A DNA stretch of 64,000 nucleotides from Microcoleaceae cyanobacterium (GTDB lineage Bacteria > Cyanobacteriota > Cyanobacteriia > Cyanobacteriales > Microcoleaceae), in NCBI GenBank assembly GCA_051652765.1, contig JBOFUV010000052.1, positions 32,001 to 96,000 of the forward strand. The letters are read 5' to 3'. The notes beneath the pieces were generated by a model that was given only the letters and a program-made list of their open reading frames with translations, was not told the DNA's origin and did no database searches. Below are positions 54,201-63,591 of this stretch, one piece after another (position 1 is the first letter of the stretch; every line of letters begins with the position of its first letter). The position numbers and the translations under genes were made by a program.

Positions 54201-56013
54201 TTTCACAGTGGGTGACGATGGGACAACCGTAACCTTTACCCCCAATCCAGGGTTCCAGGGCACGGCAACGTTAGACTATGTTGTTCAGGATGATCTGGCT
54301 AACCTGTCCAATGTTGCTCAACTGGCTGTTACGGTTCAGGCTCCTGTACCCACTCCAACTCCAACCCCAACACCCACTCCAACTCCAACCCCAACACCCA
54401 CTCCAACTCCAACCCCAACCCCAACGCCCACTCCAACACCCACTCCGAATCAACCTCCTGTTGCAGAGAATCTGGATCAAACCATTGGGAACAATGGCAA
54501 TCCTGCTGATATCCCGAATCTAACAGGGACTGATCCGGATGGTACTGTAGTTTCTTTTGCTATTATCGATCTCCCTGACCCTTCAGAAGGCGTTTTGGTA
54601 CTGGATGGACAAGAAATCACAAGCCTGGAGCAAGTTGCAGAGTTAACCCCTGAGCAAACGGGTCAACTGCAGTTCCAACCTGCTGATGACTTTGCTGGGG
54701 AGATTTCGTTCACCTACGTGGCCAAGGACAATGACGGAGCCAGATCTAACGCAGCCACGGTAACCCTAGAGGTTGAAGGGCCAGAGATTCCCAGGAATGA
54801 GCCGGGTGGGAATGGCGCTTGTGATTGCCCGCCGTTCCCTGTAATTCCGGGAATTGACCTGCCTGCCCGTCCAAATACGACCCAAATACCTAGACTCTTG
54901 GGCACAGTTGGAAATGATGCCTTACTGGGAACGGCTGCAGGTGAGGTAATGACAGCCTTGGGCGGGAATGACCTAGTTCTTGCCTTAGATGGGAATGACG
55001 GGGTCTTTGGCGGCAGCGAAAATGACCTGATCTTCGGGGATAGTGGCAATGATCTCTTGTTCGGTGAAACGGGCAACGACACGATCATCGGCAGCAACAG
55101 CAATGGCACAGACGTTCCTGTGGGTACGGAAGTTGATGTTATCCACGGCAACAACAACGATGATCTAATGCAAGGTGGCCCCGGCAATGACTTCATCTAT
55201 GGAGGTGAAGACAATGACTTTGCCTATGGAGGTCGCGGCAATGACCAAATGTGGGGTGACTTTGGCAGCGACACACTATTTGGGGATCAGGGAAATGACA
55301 CCCTGTTTGGGGATTACAAGGTCTCTGAACAGTTCACCTTTGAAGGGCCAGATATTATGCTGGGTGGCACTGGTGATGACATGATCAGTGGCAACCGCGA
55401 CAATGATACTCTCAGTGGAGGAGATGGGGCAGATACCCTGTACGGTGGTGAAGAAGACGATCTTCTCCATGGCGACACTGGGAATGATCTGATGTATGGA
55501 GATCTAGGTGCTGATCATCTCTGTGGAGATGCTGGAGACGATACCCTGTTCGGAGACTTGGACGTTCCTAGTTCAAGTGCGACTCCTGGGACAGGGCCAG
55601 ATACACTTTCTGGCGGGGAAGGGAATGATTTGCTACTTAGCAACGAGGCCGAAGATGAACTGTGTGGGGGCAGTGGCAATGACACTTTATACAGCGGTCA
55701 GGGTGCCGATAACCTCAGTGGTGGTAGCGGTGAAGATTGGCTCCTGGGTGACCAAGGCAATGACACAATGTCTGGGGGAGAAGGCGGCGATCGCTTTATT
55801 CTCTTCCTCGAAGATGGCACTGATACCCTGACGGACTTCCGAATTGACCTCGATTTGATTGCTTTGGGTGGTAGCCTTACCTTTGAGCAATTGACTTTAA
55901 CTCAGAATGGCACTTCTACACTGATCAGTTCAGGTGGTCAAGATTTAGCGGTGTTGACTGGGGTTCAGGTGAGTTCTCTCACGTCAGACAATTTCATCTC
56001 CTTCGCTGGTTAG
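51238..56013 (+). CDS. Large Ca-binding surface protein: DUF4347, Calx-beta, SdrD/Cna-B-like, cadherin/Ig repeats, PT linker, RTX repeats
   Basis: HLISHGAPG/LLIYGCNVAAG/GGDWNL (DUF4347); T.DGTA.APEDY..EPNET (Calx-beta); NQPPDA.ND, FTYTISDGNGG; many GG.GND.L.G nonapeptides. Confidence 0.92.
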   Translation: MFTTCDLLGFASNVSGKSNFDQGDIQIDSRTNGATVVILDPGVADFSSLIEGITSGVEVFVLGTMQDGVRQITDILRKFTQVSVLHLISHGAPGCLNLGNSVLSLNTLCDYKAELQAWSVSELLIYGCNVAAGDAGTEFIEKLHQLTGAEIAASASLTGCAALGGDWNLNVKTGNVQALLVVDPKVRNAYNHVLATFNFNDFDWPSGDRTFSQANVGGTGVDFDFAAIDPNQPPTILLPNPDVPDPENPGVNLDIGDQSLFTGGIANNQESLFISINPRSRGQGITVTVDFSEPLFGVNFFLIDIDDSSNWQDQIIVGGDNNGLLIKPTVTSGDTTGNPSLTIDNSAASTVSILGQGNINSPADSNQGTALVEFNAPITQVIITFQDGPGAVNNPGDHGIGLFGVINFTSISIGDVTVNEADNTATFTVTSSAPAGAAGINFDFATTDGTAIAPEDYTATTGAGIIAAGSTTTTITVPITNDVLSEPNETLNVILSNVVGAAVADGNGVATILGGFPISGTLFEDTDSGDDRDPAEPVLPIGITVNLLQNGNVVATVETDASGNYTFPEIPNGSYTVQVDTADPQVPAGFILGTPNDIPVTVNSAGAGDINFGFDPAPNQPPDAINDGPLNVTQDISLPIPSAQLLGNDTDPEGNPLTITSVQSAQNGTVTLDPITGNITFAPAPGYNGPASFTYTISDGNGGTDIATVSINVNAPGNIPPVAVNDGNITAFDTPVTFSVIGNDTDVDGTVQPATVDLDPGTAGVQNTFTVPNEGTFTVAANGEVTFAPVPGFTGPSTIPYTVADDDGAVSNPANISVTVNPANVPPVAVDFPINIPSGITDPTGLNGPRLLRGVDPNGTIENVTVETLPDPADGVLLFQGNPVNEGQTFNLNEVGLIEFQTSPEFNGGVFTYLVTDNQGANSTPATVTLNAAPTVQNESVDTPSNTPTTLDLTDNVNDPDGTVNFGTIDLDPTTPAVDSTREVPGGRFTVGDDGTTVTFTPNPGFQGTATLDYVVQDDLANLSNVAQLAVTVQAPVPTPTPTPTPTPTPTPTPTPTPTPTPTPTPTPTPNQPPVAENLDQTIGNNGNPADIPNLTGTDPDGTVVSFAIIDLPDPSEGVLVLDGQEITSLEQVAELTPEQTGQLQFQPADDFAGEISFTYVAKDNDGARSNAATVTLEVEGPEIPRNEPGGNGACDCPPFPVIPGIDLPARPNTTQIPRLLGTVGNDALLGTAAGEVMTALGGNDLVLALDGNDGVFGGSENDLIFGDSGNDLLFGETGNDTIIGSNSNGTDVPVGTEVDVIHGNNNDDLMQGGPGNDFIYGGEDNDFAYGGRGNDQMWGDFGSDTLFGDQGNDTLFGDYKVSEQFTFEGPDIMLGGTGDDMISGNRDNDTLSGGDGADTLYGGEEDDLLHGDTGNDLMYGDLGADHLCGDAGDDTLFGDLDVPSSSATPGTGPDTLSGGEGNDLLLSNEAEDELCGGSGNDTLYSGQGADNLSGGSGEDWLLGDQGNDTMSGGEGGDRFILFLEDGTDTLTDFRIDLDLIALGGSLTFEQLTLTQNGTSTLISSGGQDLAVLTGVQVSSLTSDNFISFAG
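54349..54447 (+). repeat. (Pro-Thr) x ~16 linker encoded by 24-bp/6-bp tandem repeats
   Basis: CCCACTCCAACTCCAACCCCAACA about three times plus variants. Confidence 0.95.
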
Positions 56014-56022
56014 GTCTGGCAT

Positions 56023-56075
56023 TTGAAAATTGCCATAGAAGCTACTGCCCGCAACTTCTATGGCACGATTTTCAA
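56023..56075 (+). terminator. Hairpin after RTX gene
   Basis: TGCCATAGAAG / CTTCTATGGCA with outer TTGAAAAT/ATTTTCAA. Confidence 0.6.
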
Positions 56076-56201
56076 TCTGATAACACCACAGTCCCAAAGT
56101 CCATGGACTTTACTTATAGGAGAAACGCTATATACTGATCGCTGTTTACTGATTGCATCAAGTTCACCAACAGACTATTAACAGACCACTGACAGATAGT
56201 T

Positions 56202-56387
56202 GTGACCCAATTTTCCCAATCTAATCAACAAATGTTTACGCACTTATTCTGGATGCTAGCCAGTTTGACATTGGCCATCTGGATTCTCAGAGGGCTAGGG
56301 GTTTTGGCTTTTCTTCCAGGCGCAGTTCTTTGGTTATTGCTGTTGCTCACTTTTGCAGCTAGTGTTCTGAGCCAAGTCAGCCGGTAG
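56202..56387 (+). CDS. Small two-TM hypothetical protein
   Basis: WILRGLGVLAFLPG..W.L hydrophobic hairpin; alternative ATG at 56232. Confidence 0.65.
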   Translation: MTQFSQSNQQMFTHLFWMLASLTLAIWILRGLGVLAFLPGAVLWLLLLLTFAASVLSQVSR

Positions 56388-56612
56388 CCCAATACCTTCA
56401 TTAATCAATTGATTAAGTTAATTGATTAGGTTAATTGACTCAAAACTCTAGATTGCTTAGAGGTAGACTAATCAAGCAGGCTAAGCTATCATAAAGAATT
56501 GACAGTCGGTGTTTGAGAATCTCAGACCAGTCCTTTTAGGGCAGGTCTTTTGAGTTGAGAAAGATGAACCTTTAGTTTTTGTTGTTAGCCGTTTTTTTAT
56601 AAAGGAGAGAAG

Positions 56613-56810
56613 ATGACCCAAGTTATTCTGGGTGAAAATGAACAGTTAGAGTCTGCTCTGCGCCGATTTAAGCGAGAAGTATCTAAAGCAGGAATCTTGG
56701 CGGACGTACGAAAGAAGCGTCATTTTGAAACGCCTCCCGAGAAGCGTAAGCGTAAAGCAATTGCGAATCAGCGTCAGAGGCGAGCATTCCGCAAGAAGAG
56801 AATGTTCTAG
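56613..56810 (+). CDS. rpsU: 30S ribosomal protein bS21
   Basis: [41 protein letters not shown]. Confidence 0.96.
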   Translation: MTQVILGENEQLESALRRFKREVSKAGILADVRKKRHFETPPEKRKRKAIANQRQRRAFRKKRMF

Positions 56811-56859
56811 GTTCTTCCTGGGAAATTCACGCTGAATTAACTTCCAGAGTCATTAAGAC

Positions 56860-56897
56860 CTTTGAGAGGCGTTGGAACCAACGCCTCTCAAAGTTTT
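56860..56897 (+). terminator. Terminator after rpsU
   Basis: Perfect 16-bp inverted repeat CTTTGAGAGGCGTTGG / CCAACGCCTCTCAAAG then TTTT. Confidence 0.75.
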
Positions 56898-57082
56898 GGG
56901 GAAGTTCACCATAGCCCTCGAATGGGTTTGCATCCGTTGAAGGCATCGGCCACAATAGGAATGAGAGTATCTAGTGAAAGAGTCGGTTACAATAGTTAGC
57001 AACTATTGATTTTTCGTAACAAATGCTGGTAGATAGTTATAGTCATTGAATATTTAATTCAAACATTTGATTTACTTCATCC

Positions 57083-57799
57083 ATGCAAGTTATAATCTCC
57101 CAAGCTCCTAGCTCAGCTCTGAAGTCTTCAAAAACGCAACCTCATCCCCTGAAAGTTGTTGCTTTGGGTGATAGCCTGGTTTATGGCTACGGTGATCCTG
57201 ACGGCGGAGGTTGGGTTGAGCGCCTCAGGCGGCAATGGATGCTCTCTGGGTCTCCTGGTCATGTCCTGTATAACCTGGGTGTTCGGGGAAATCGAGTTAC
57301 CCATGTCTACGAGCGTCTGGAGCATGAATTTCGTCATCGTGGCGAACTGCGGAACCGTGTTCCTGATGTCATTATTCTCTCCGTTGGAATCAATGATTCT
57401 GCACGGGTACAATCTCCACAAGGGCGAGAATATACAGAGTTTGAAAAATTTCAGGCGTTAATGAATGGCCTCTTGGATCAGGCTCAGCCGCTTTGTCCAG
57501 TTTTGTTTGTCGGTATGGTGCCCGTGGATGAAGCCAAGATGCCGTTTCAAGAATGCTTATTCTACACCCATGCCGATCAACATCGCTACAAAGAGGTGAC
57601 GCGGCTGGCTTGTTTGGATCGGAACATTCCTTATCTTGATATTTTTCAACAGTGGATTGATCGAGGGGAACCCTGGTGGCGATCGCACCTTTGTGCTGAC
57701 GGATTACATCCCAATAGTGCTGGATATCAGTCCCTCTTGAGTGACGTTCTAGCATGGGAACCCGTTGTTCAGTTGACCATTTCCCAACACCATGGGTAG
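57083..57799 (+). CDS. SGNH/GDSL-family esterase/lipase
   Basis: ALGDSLVYG, NLGVRG, GIND, DGLHPN. Confidence 0.92.
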   Translation: MQVIISQAPSSALKSSKTQPHPLKVVALGDSLVYGYGDPDGGGWVERLRRQWMLSGSPGHVLYNLGVRGNRVTHVYERLEHEFRHRGELRNRVPDVIILSVGINDSARVQSPQGREYTEFEKFQALMNGLLDQAQPLCPVLFVGMVPVDEAKMPFQECLFYTHADQHRYKEVTRLACLDRNIPYLDIFQQWIDRGEPWWRSHLCADGLHPNSAGYQSLLSDVLAWEPVVQLTISQHHG

Positions 57800-58586
57800 G
57801 GTTAACTGCTGTCAGCCGATTACGTCCAAAGTTTTGCAATCTTGGCAAAAGGTGCGTTTGCTGGCCACCGATGTTGATGGCACTCTTACTACTCAACAGC
57901 AGTTTCCATCGACGATGGTTCAAAGTTTAGAACGATTAGCTGAGGCCGGTATTGCGGTCTTACTGGTTACAGGTCGCTCTGCGGGGTGGGTGCAAGGGTT
58001 GGCCCATTATCTTCCAGTCCTGGGGGCGATCGCCGAAAATGGCGGAGTGTTCTATCACAAGGACTCTGATGTGGCAAAGGTGTTAAGTCCAATTCCCAAC
58101 CTTGCTCAACATCGTCAACAGTTGGCATCAACTTTTCACACGCTCCAATCGCAATACCCCAACCTACAGGAATCAACAGATAATGACTTTCGCCTAACAG
58201 ATTGGACATTTGATGTCAATCAGATCAGATATACCGATCTGCAAACCCTAGCTGAAATCTGCGCCCAACAAGGCTGGGGATTTACCTACAGCACGGTGCA
58301 GTGTCACATAAAACCGCTAAAACAGGATAAAGCAACGGGATTGCAACAAGTTTTATCTCAACACTTATCGACTTTAGGTTCAACACTCCAACTCGAAACC
58401 GTGATCACTATGGGTGATAGCCCCAATGATGAATCTTTGTTCAATCCAGCGTTGTTTCCTCAGTCCGTTGGGGTTGCTAATATTTTGGACTATGCCCAAA
58501 CCCTGACTGATTTGCCGGCTTATGTAACGGTCAACCGAGAAGCAGCAGGATTTTGTGAGTTTGTTCAAGGATTACTTCAATCTTAA
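57792..58586 (+). CDS. HAD-superfamily hydrolase (Cof/IIB-like)
   Basis: ATDVDGTL, VTGRS, AENGG, DKA.G, GDSPND; overlaps the GDSL gene stop by 8 nt. Confidence 0.9.
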   Translation: MGRVNCCQPITSKVLQSWQKVRLLATDVDGTLTTQQQFPSTMVQSLERLAEAGIAVLLVTGRSAGWVQGLAHYLPVLGAIAENGGVFYHKDSDVAKVLSPIPNLAQHRQQLASTFHTLQSQYPNLQESTDNDFRLTDWTFDVNQIRYTDLQTLAEICAQQGWGFTYSTVQCHIKPLKQDKATGLQQVLSQHLSTLGSTLQLETVITMGDSPNDESLFNPALFPQSVGVANILDYAQTLTDLPAYVTVNREAAGFCEFVQGLLQS

Positions 58587-58652
58587 AAAAGTGCTAAAAA
58601 AAGCGCCGTCAAGCAGCGCTCTTAAAGCTTTTACACGAGTAAACATCCCAGT

Positions 58653-59294
58653 CTAGCGTTCGTTGTAGCAGTCATAGGGGTTTTGGGGTGAACAGTAATT
58701 GATATTACGGTTGTTGCGATTGCCCCGTCCATAGTCCCGCTGGTCATAACGTCGATCATAGCGACCGTTATCGCCATTTAATCTGCGATCACGGTTGTTA
58801 TTCTCGTCGAAGTTACGATAGCGCTCTCTGACCTCTCGGTCATTATAGCGATCGTTATAACGGTCGTCATTGCGATTATCGTAACGATCATCATCATGAC
58901 GGCGATCATAACGATCATCATCACGACGGCGATCATAACGGTCATCATCACGATCGCGACTATCGCTGTATCGTTCTCTCCAGTCCTCTTCTTCCCGATC
59001 AAGCTCTTTATCCAGGGCTTTGTGAGCGTCCCGGATAATGCGCTCTTTCTCCTTTTGAGATAAGCGACGATTATGAGACTGGTTCATCTCACTGTTAATT
59101 TGCTGATCCAGTTCCAGGTGACGGCGACGCTGATAATCGTCCCAAGCATCAGCCACCAGAACGCCTCGACCTTGAGACAATTCAGAGACTGAACGGATTG
59201 AGTTAGTGCGATTTGGATAGACAGGTGCAGCCATAGTAGGAAGGACTGAACCTGTAACCATCAGAAGGGTAACAATTGTTAAGACCGATTTCAT
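58653..59294 (-). CDS. Secreted Asp/Arg/Tyr-rich low-complexity repeat protein
   Basis: Signal peptide; DDDRYDRR(R/H) repeats; GAGGAGG RBS. Confidence 0.8.
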   Translation of the reverse strand: MKSVLTIVTLLMVTGSVLPTMAAPVYPNRTNSIRSVSELSQGRGVLVADAWDDYQRRRHLELDQQINSEMNQSHNRRLSQKEKERIIRDAHKALDKELDREEEDWRERYSDSRDRDDDRYDRRRDDDRYDRRHDDDRYDNRNDDRYNDRYNDREVRERYRNFDENNNRDRRLNGDNGRYDRRYDQRDYGRGNRNNRNINYCSPQNPYDCYNER

Positions 59295-60302
59295 AGATCC
59301 TCCTCAGTCGATCTGAGATAGATTGACCGCTCCATACTTCAATGATAACGTAGACAACAATCCAAGAAGTATTTCAGCCATAGCACTTTGCTCATGAACA
59401 AGATAAGCTCTACCCGAACACTATGTCGGCAAACCTTACTTTTCCCTGGGTTTCTAAAATTTTTGTAGTCAAAGGGCCATAATACCCCGGCAGATTTAAT
59501 TAAAGAGTCGATTCTTCAGTCTAGAAAGTTCCCTTAAGTTTCAACTAATAGCTTAAATAATTGTTCATCGTTAATGCAAACGACAATAACAGCACCCTAA
59601 CCTTACTTTCAGGGACTTCCTCTTCTAACTCGGGTAACTTAGAGATGCACTAAGACTAGCTTAACTGCATTGCTCCCAGACCTTAAACTGAGGAAATATA
59701 AAAATAAGTTGCGGATGCTGTTACCGAACTAGATGAGACAGATATTGTGTAAAACAGTATTTCGACCTCCTAAATTTTGTTGAGCGATCGCCTCTAACTA
59801 AACAACTTGAAGTGGAGTTACACCCTCGACCCTCAATCCAGATATTCTTAAGGTTAAGACTGGATCTCTAAAATCAAGATCTGCTTTACTCCCTGATTTA
59901 AACAAGAGGAAATATCAACAAAATTGAGTCTTGACAACTGTTTGACAGGGTACACATGAGATGAAACAGTATACAAACCTCCTTAATTCCTATCTGTCAG
60001 TGAAGCTTTTCTGCTTCAATTTCTAATATAAATCCTATTTACTAATTGAACAAGTTAACTCAAAGATTATTTACTTTTAAATGAGCATTAACGTCTACTA
60101 ATATTAACTTAAGTAAACTCTATTTTGTCGGTTGGGTAGAACATAGTCGGATAGAACATACAGCCGTTTTGGTTTAGATCCGATCCGGAACGATCCCTCT
60201 AAATCCCCCTGTTTACAGAAGACTTGCGGGGCTGAGATCTCCCTCGTTGATTGAGCTGATTGAGTTGATTTACACAGAGACAAACCATTAGGCTGTGCTG
60301 GA

Positions 60303-61487
60303 TCAGCACTGTGGCAGGATTCGTTGCCAGGTCAACCCTTGTCCTGAATTCTTTTGCCATCTCAAGAGTTGGCTGACAGGCTGAGCGATCAGGTCAAACT
60401 TGCCCAACGCTTGTCGAGGAGCCAGGGTTGCTATGGTAATAGCTTCTTCTACGGTGCAGAGTCCCCAAGTGGCCAAATTTTGAACTCCGGCCAACAGGGG
60501 TAAGGTAGTTCCAACGAGGGTGCCATCGTTCAGCCGTGCTGTCCCATGGGCCACTTGAATTTGCCGCTGATCCCATGGATAGGTTCCATCTGGCAAACCT
60601 AAGGGGGCAAGGGCATCGCTAACCAGGAAAAGTTTTGACCCGATTTCTGTAGCCTCTGGCCGACCTCGTGCCACTCGGATAGAAACATCCAGCATCGTGG
60701 GGCAAATGTGTTGACCATCGGCAATCAAGCCGCAGTGAACCTGAGGATGAACCAAGGCTGCTCCTAAAAGCCCCGGTTCTCGGTGGTGTAAACTGGGCAT
60801 TGCATTGAAAGCATGGGTGACCATGGAAGCTCCCTGATCAAAAGCCCGTTGTGCTTGAATTGCTGTTGCCTGGGAATGACCTAAACTCACAATAATTCCT
60901 AGCTTTTGTAAATATTCCAAGGTTTCTCCACTCTCGTCCAACTCTGGGGCTAGGGTGATAATTCTTATGCAGTCGGCATAATCTCCCAGAACTTGTTTCA
61001 GGTTCTCAAGGGTTAGGGGCAATAAGTCCGCTTGAGGATGGGCCCCCCGTTTGTCAGGATTGAGAAAAGGCCCCTCCAAATGAACGCCCAAGATCTGAGC
61101 CGTGTTTGGCGGCTGTTGAGGAATGAACTCAGCCAAGACTTGGAGCGATCGCCGAATATTTTCGATCCCTGTGGTCACAATTGTAGGCAAAAATCCATCT
61201 ACTCCCTGGGCCCAGAGAAACTGACAGATTTTTTCTAACGTTTCCCTATCCCCCGATTGTACTTCTGGAAACGCCAGTCCTAATGCTCCATTAATCTGTA
61301 AGTCCACGCCTCCCGGAGATACCCAGTCTCCCCCCAAGTCCAATTCCTCAACGTCAGGCCGGAGCGGCTCAGCCATCCCTTGAATACGGGCAATTTTCCC
61401 CTGACGAATTGCCAGCCGCTGTAAGGCAGGGTAACCCAGAAGTTTTGCATTAGTGAGATCAAGGCAAATTGCCGGTTGTTCTATCAT
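60303..61487 (-). CDS. nagA: N-acetylglucosamine-6-phosphate deacetylase
   Basis: PGGVDLQING, HLEGPFL...KRGAH, LAPE, GHS, THAFNAM, IADGQH, LVSDA. Confidence 0.94.
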   Translation of the reverse strand: MIEQPAICLDLTNAKLLGYPALQRLAIRQGKIARIQGMAEPLRPDVEELDLGGDWVSPGGVDLQINGALGLAFPEVQSGDRETLEKICQFLWAQGVDGFLPTIVTTGIENIRRSLQVLAEFIPQQPPNTAQILGVHLEGPFLNPDKRGAHPQADLLPLTLENLKQVLGDYADCIRIITLAPELDESGETLEYLQKLGIIVSLGHSQATAIQAQRAFDQGASMVTHAFNAMPSLHHREPGLLGAALVHPQVHCGLIADGQHICPTMLDVSIRVARGRPEATEIGSKLFLVSDALAPLGLPDGTYPWDQRQIQVAHGTARLNDGTLVGTTLPLLAGVQNLATWGLCTVEEAITIATLAPRQALGKFDLIAQPVSQLLRWQKNSGQGLTWQRILPQC

Positions 61488-61600
61488 GAATCACTCTTTA
61501 TAAAGCGTTAGTTACCGATTAAGTTTTTTCGTTCCCTAAAGTATAGTAGCCTGCTAGAATTAGAGGCTGTTCAAACTAAGCTGCCGTTGTCCTTGTTAAC

Positions 61601-62695
61601 ATGACTCAAATCTGTCGCATTACCCTGCTTCCTGGAGATGGCATTGGCCCTGAAATTATCAAGGTTGCGGTGGACGTTCTTCAAGGGATGGAACAGGAGT
61701 TTGATTTGCAGTTTGACTTCCAGGAGGCGCTGATTGGTGGGGCTGCCATTGATGCAACAGGAGAACCGCTTCCCGTAGAGTCTTTAGAACAGTGCCGGAG
61801 AAGCCATGCTGTCTTGCTCGCCGCAATTGGGGGGTATAAGTGGGATAACTTGCCTCGATCTCAGCGCCCAGAAACAGGCTTGCTTGGGCTGAGAGCTGGC
61901 TTAGAACTATTTGCGAATCTGCGTCCCGCTACTATTTTGCCCCATCTGATCGATGCCTCGACCCTAAAACGGGAGGTGGTTGAGGGGGTAGATATTATGG
62001 TAGTTCGGGAATTGACCGGGGGAATTTACTTCGGTCAACCCAAAGGAATTTTTACCCTAGAGACTGGAGAAAAACGCGGGGTGAATACCATGGCCTATAC
62101 AGAGTCAGAGATTGACCGCATTGGCCGAGTTGCTTTTGAGACGGCCCGCAAGCGTCAAGGCCGGTTGTGTTCTGTGGATAAGGCGAATGTATTGGATGTG
62201 TCTCAGTTGTGGCGCGATCGCATGATGACTCTTTCTGCCCAGTATCCAGACGTAGAACTGTCCCACCTCTATGTGGACAATGCCGCTATGCAGTTAGTCC
62301 GATGGCCAAAACAGTTTGATACCATCGTAACTGGGAATTTATTCGGGGATATTCTGTCGGATGCAGCGGCGATGTTAACAGGAAGTATCGGCATGTTGCC
62401 CTCAGCCAGTTTGGGAGAGTCGGGGCCAGGGGTATTTGAACCCGTTCATGGATCTGCCCCTGATATCGCCGGACAGGACAAGGCCAATCCTCTAGCCCAA
62501 GTTCTGAGTGCGGCCATGATGTTGCGCTACGGTCTCGACCAGCCTAGGGCAGCCGATCGGATCGAACGAGCCGTTCTCAAGGTGCTTGACCAGGGCTATC
62601 GAACCGGAGATATTATGTCCGAGGGTATGAAATTAGTTGGATGTCGAGCCATGGGAGACGCTTTACTGGCAGTATTGGCAGGGTCTGAAGTTTAG
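61601..62695 (+). CDS. leuB: 3-isopropylmalate dehydrogenase
   Basis: [45 protein letters not shown]. Confidence 0.97.
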   Translation: MTQICRITLLPGDGIGPEIIKVAVDVLQGMEQEFDLQFDFQEALIGGAAIDATGEPLPVESLEQCRRSHAVLLAAIGGYKWDNLPRSQRPETGLLGLRAGLELFANLRPATILPHLIDASTLKREVVEGVDIMVVRELTGGIYFGQPKGIFTLETGEKRGVNTMAYTESEIDRIGRVAFETARKRQGRLCSVDKANVLDVSQLWRDRMMTLSAQYPDVELSHLYVDNAAMQLVRWPKQFDTIVTGNLFGDILSDAAAMLTGSIGMLPSASLGESGPGVFEPVHGSAPDIAGQDKANPLAQVLSAAMMLRYGLDQPRAADRIERAVLKVLDQGYRTGDIMSEGMKLVGCRAMGDALLAVLAGSEV

Positions 62696-63453
62696 GGCAA
62701 ATTGAGGGAAAGACCTAACTCATGGAAGTTTTGGGGAGCCCAGAAGTAGTTTGGGTTCGTGACGCGAGCCTGATCTAGTTTAATGCCTTCGGCGACTAAC
62801 TGTTCAGCTTGGTCAGGAATATAGCGAGTTAAAAGACCGCCATCGACTTTGATAATTCGATGAATTGGCAGTTCATGAACCGCTTGCTTGAGAAAACCAG
62901 GAATGGCTCGATAGTAAGCCGCAGAGACTCCCAATGCCAGTAAGAGATCAGCAGTCTTGACTACTTTTCCCTCAGGAATGCGCGGCACAAACTCCCAAAA
63001 CCTTGCTTTTGCAGTATCACCCAGGGCTGGAAATTGAGAGGACGTTAAGACGATTTCATCCCCCAGAACGATGCGACCGCTGTTCACAATCATTCCTAGA
63101 AATCCCCGTTGGGTTTTAATCCGCTGCATCAATCCGGGCTGAATTTTTTCTAAATTTTTACAGGGTTCGCAATGAAACGTTAACCGAACTAAGGCATCTA
63201 AACCAATTTGTAAAACTTGACCCGATTTAAATCCTGCAATCGAGTCATCAACAAGTAAATTTTCTCTCAGAGCACCAGGATTCACCTGAAACTCTGAGAG
63301 TGTTCTCTGACTGACTAAAAGAATTTGGCGGGGACTCCCAACTTGGGCCTGAATATCATTTTCTATTCCTACCCCAGCTCTCAAACTTAAAACTGAACAC
63401 TCTGTTGTCGGTTCCCCAGGGACAAATTTCTGATAAAGTTGCTTAACTTTCAT
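62692..63453 (-). CDS. MOSC domain fused to alkyltransferase-like (Ogt/ATL) DNA-binding domain
   Basis: RENLLV, CEPC, RGFLG....GRIVLGD (MOSC); [22 protein letters not shown]...LVAEGI (AGT/ATL fold). Confidence 0.8.
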   Translation of the reverse strand: MKVKQLYQKFVPGEPTTECSVLSLRAGVGIENDIQAQVGSPRQILLVSQRTLSEFQVNPGALRENLLVDDSIAGFKSGQVLQIGLDALVRLTFHCEPCKNLEKIQPGLMQRIKTQRGFLGMIVNSGRIVLGDEIVLTSSQFPALGDTAKARFWEFVPRIPEGKVVKTADLLLALGVSAAYYRAIPGFLKQAVHELPIHRIIKVDGGLLTRYIPDQAEQLVAEGIKLDQARVTNPNYFWAPQNFHELGLSLNLP

Positions 63454-63591
63454 CTGGGCGATGATGATTTTGTAGGCTGGGTTTCACGTTGCTCTACCCA
63501 ACATTCCCTAAGGCTTGTAAGGTAGAGCGTGAGGTCTTGCCAGCTTGACACCAACCACAACTCATCCCTAATCCCTAAGTTAAGCAAACCA

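Noticed and set aside
57390..57923. 177-aa minus-strand ORF and similar shadow ORFs (e.g. 30025-30465, 39154-39576, 54714-55196)
   Set aside because: Antisense to well-supported genes, with no recognisable motifs.
59425..59460. GGCAAACC as the start of a c-di-GMP-I riboswitch
   Set aside because: No following GNRA-capped stem or second conserved hairpin.
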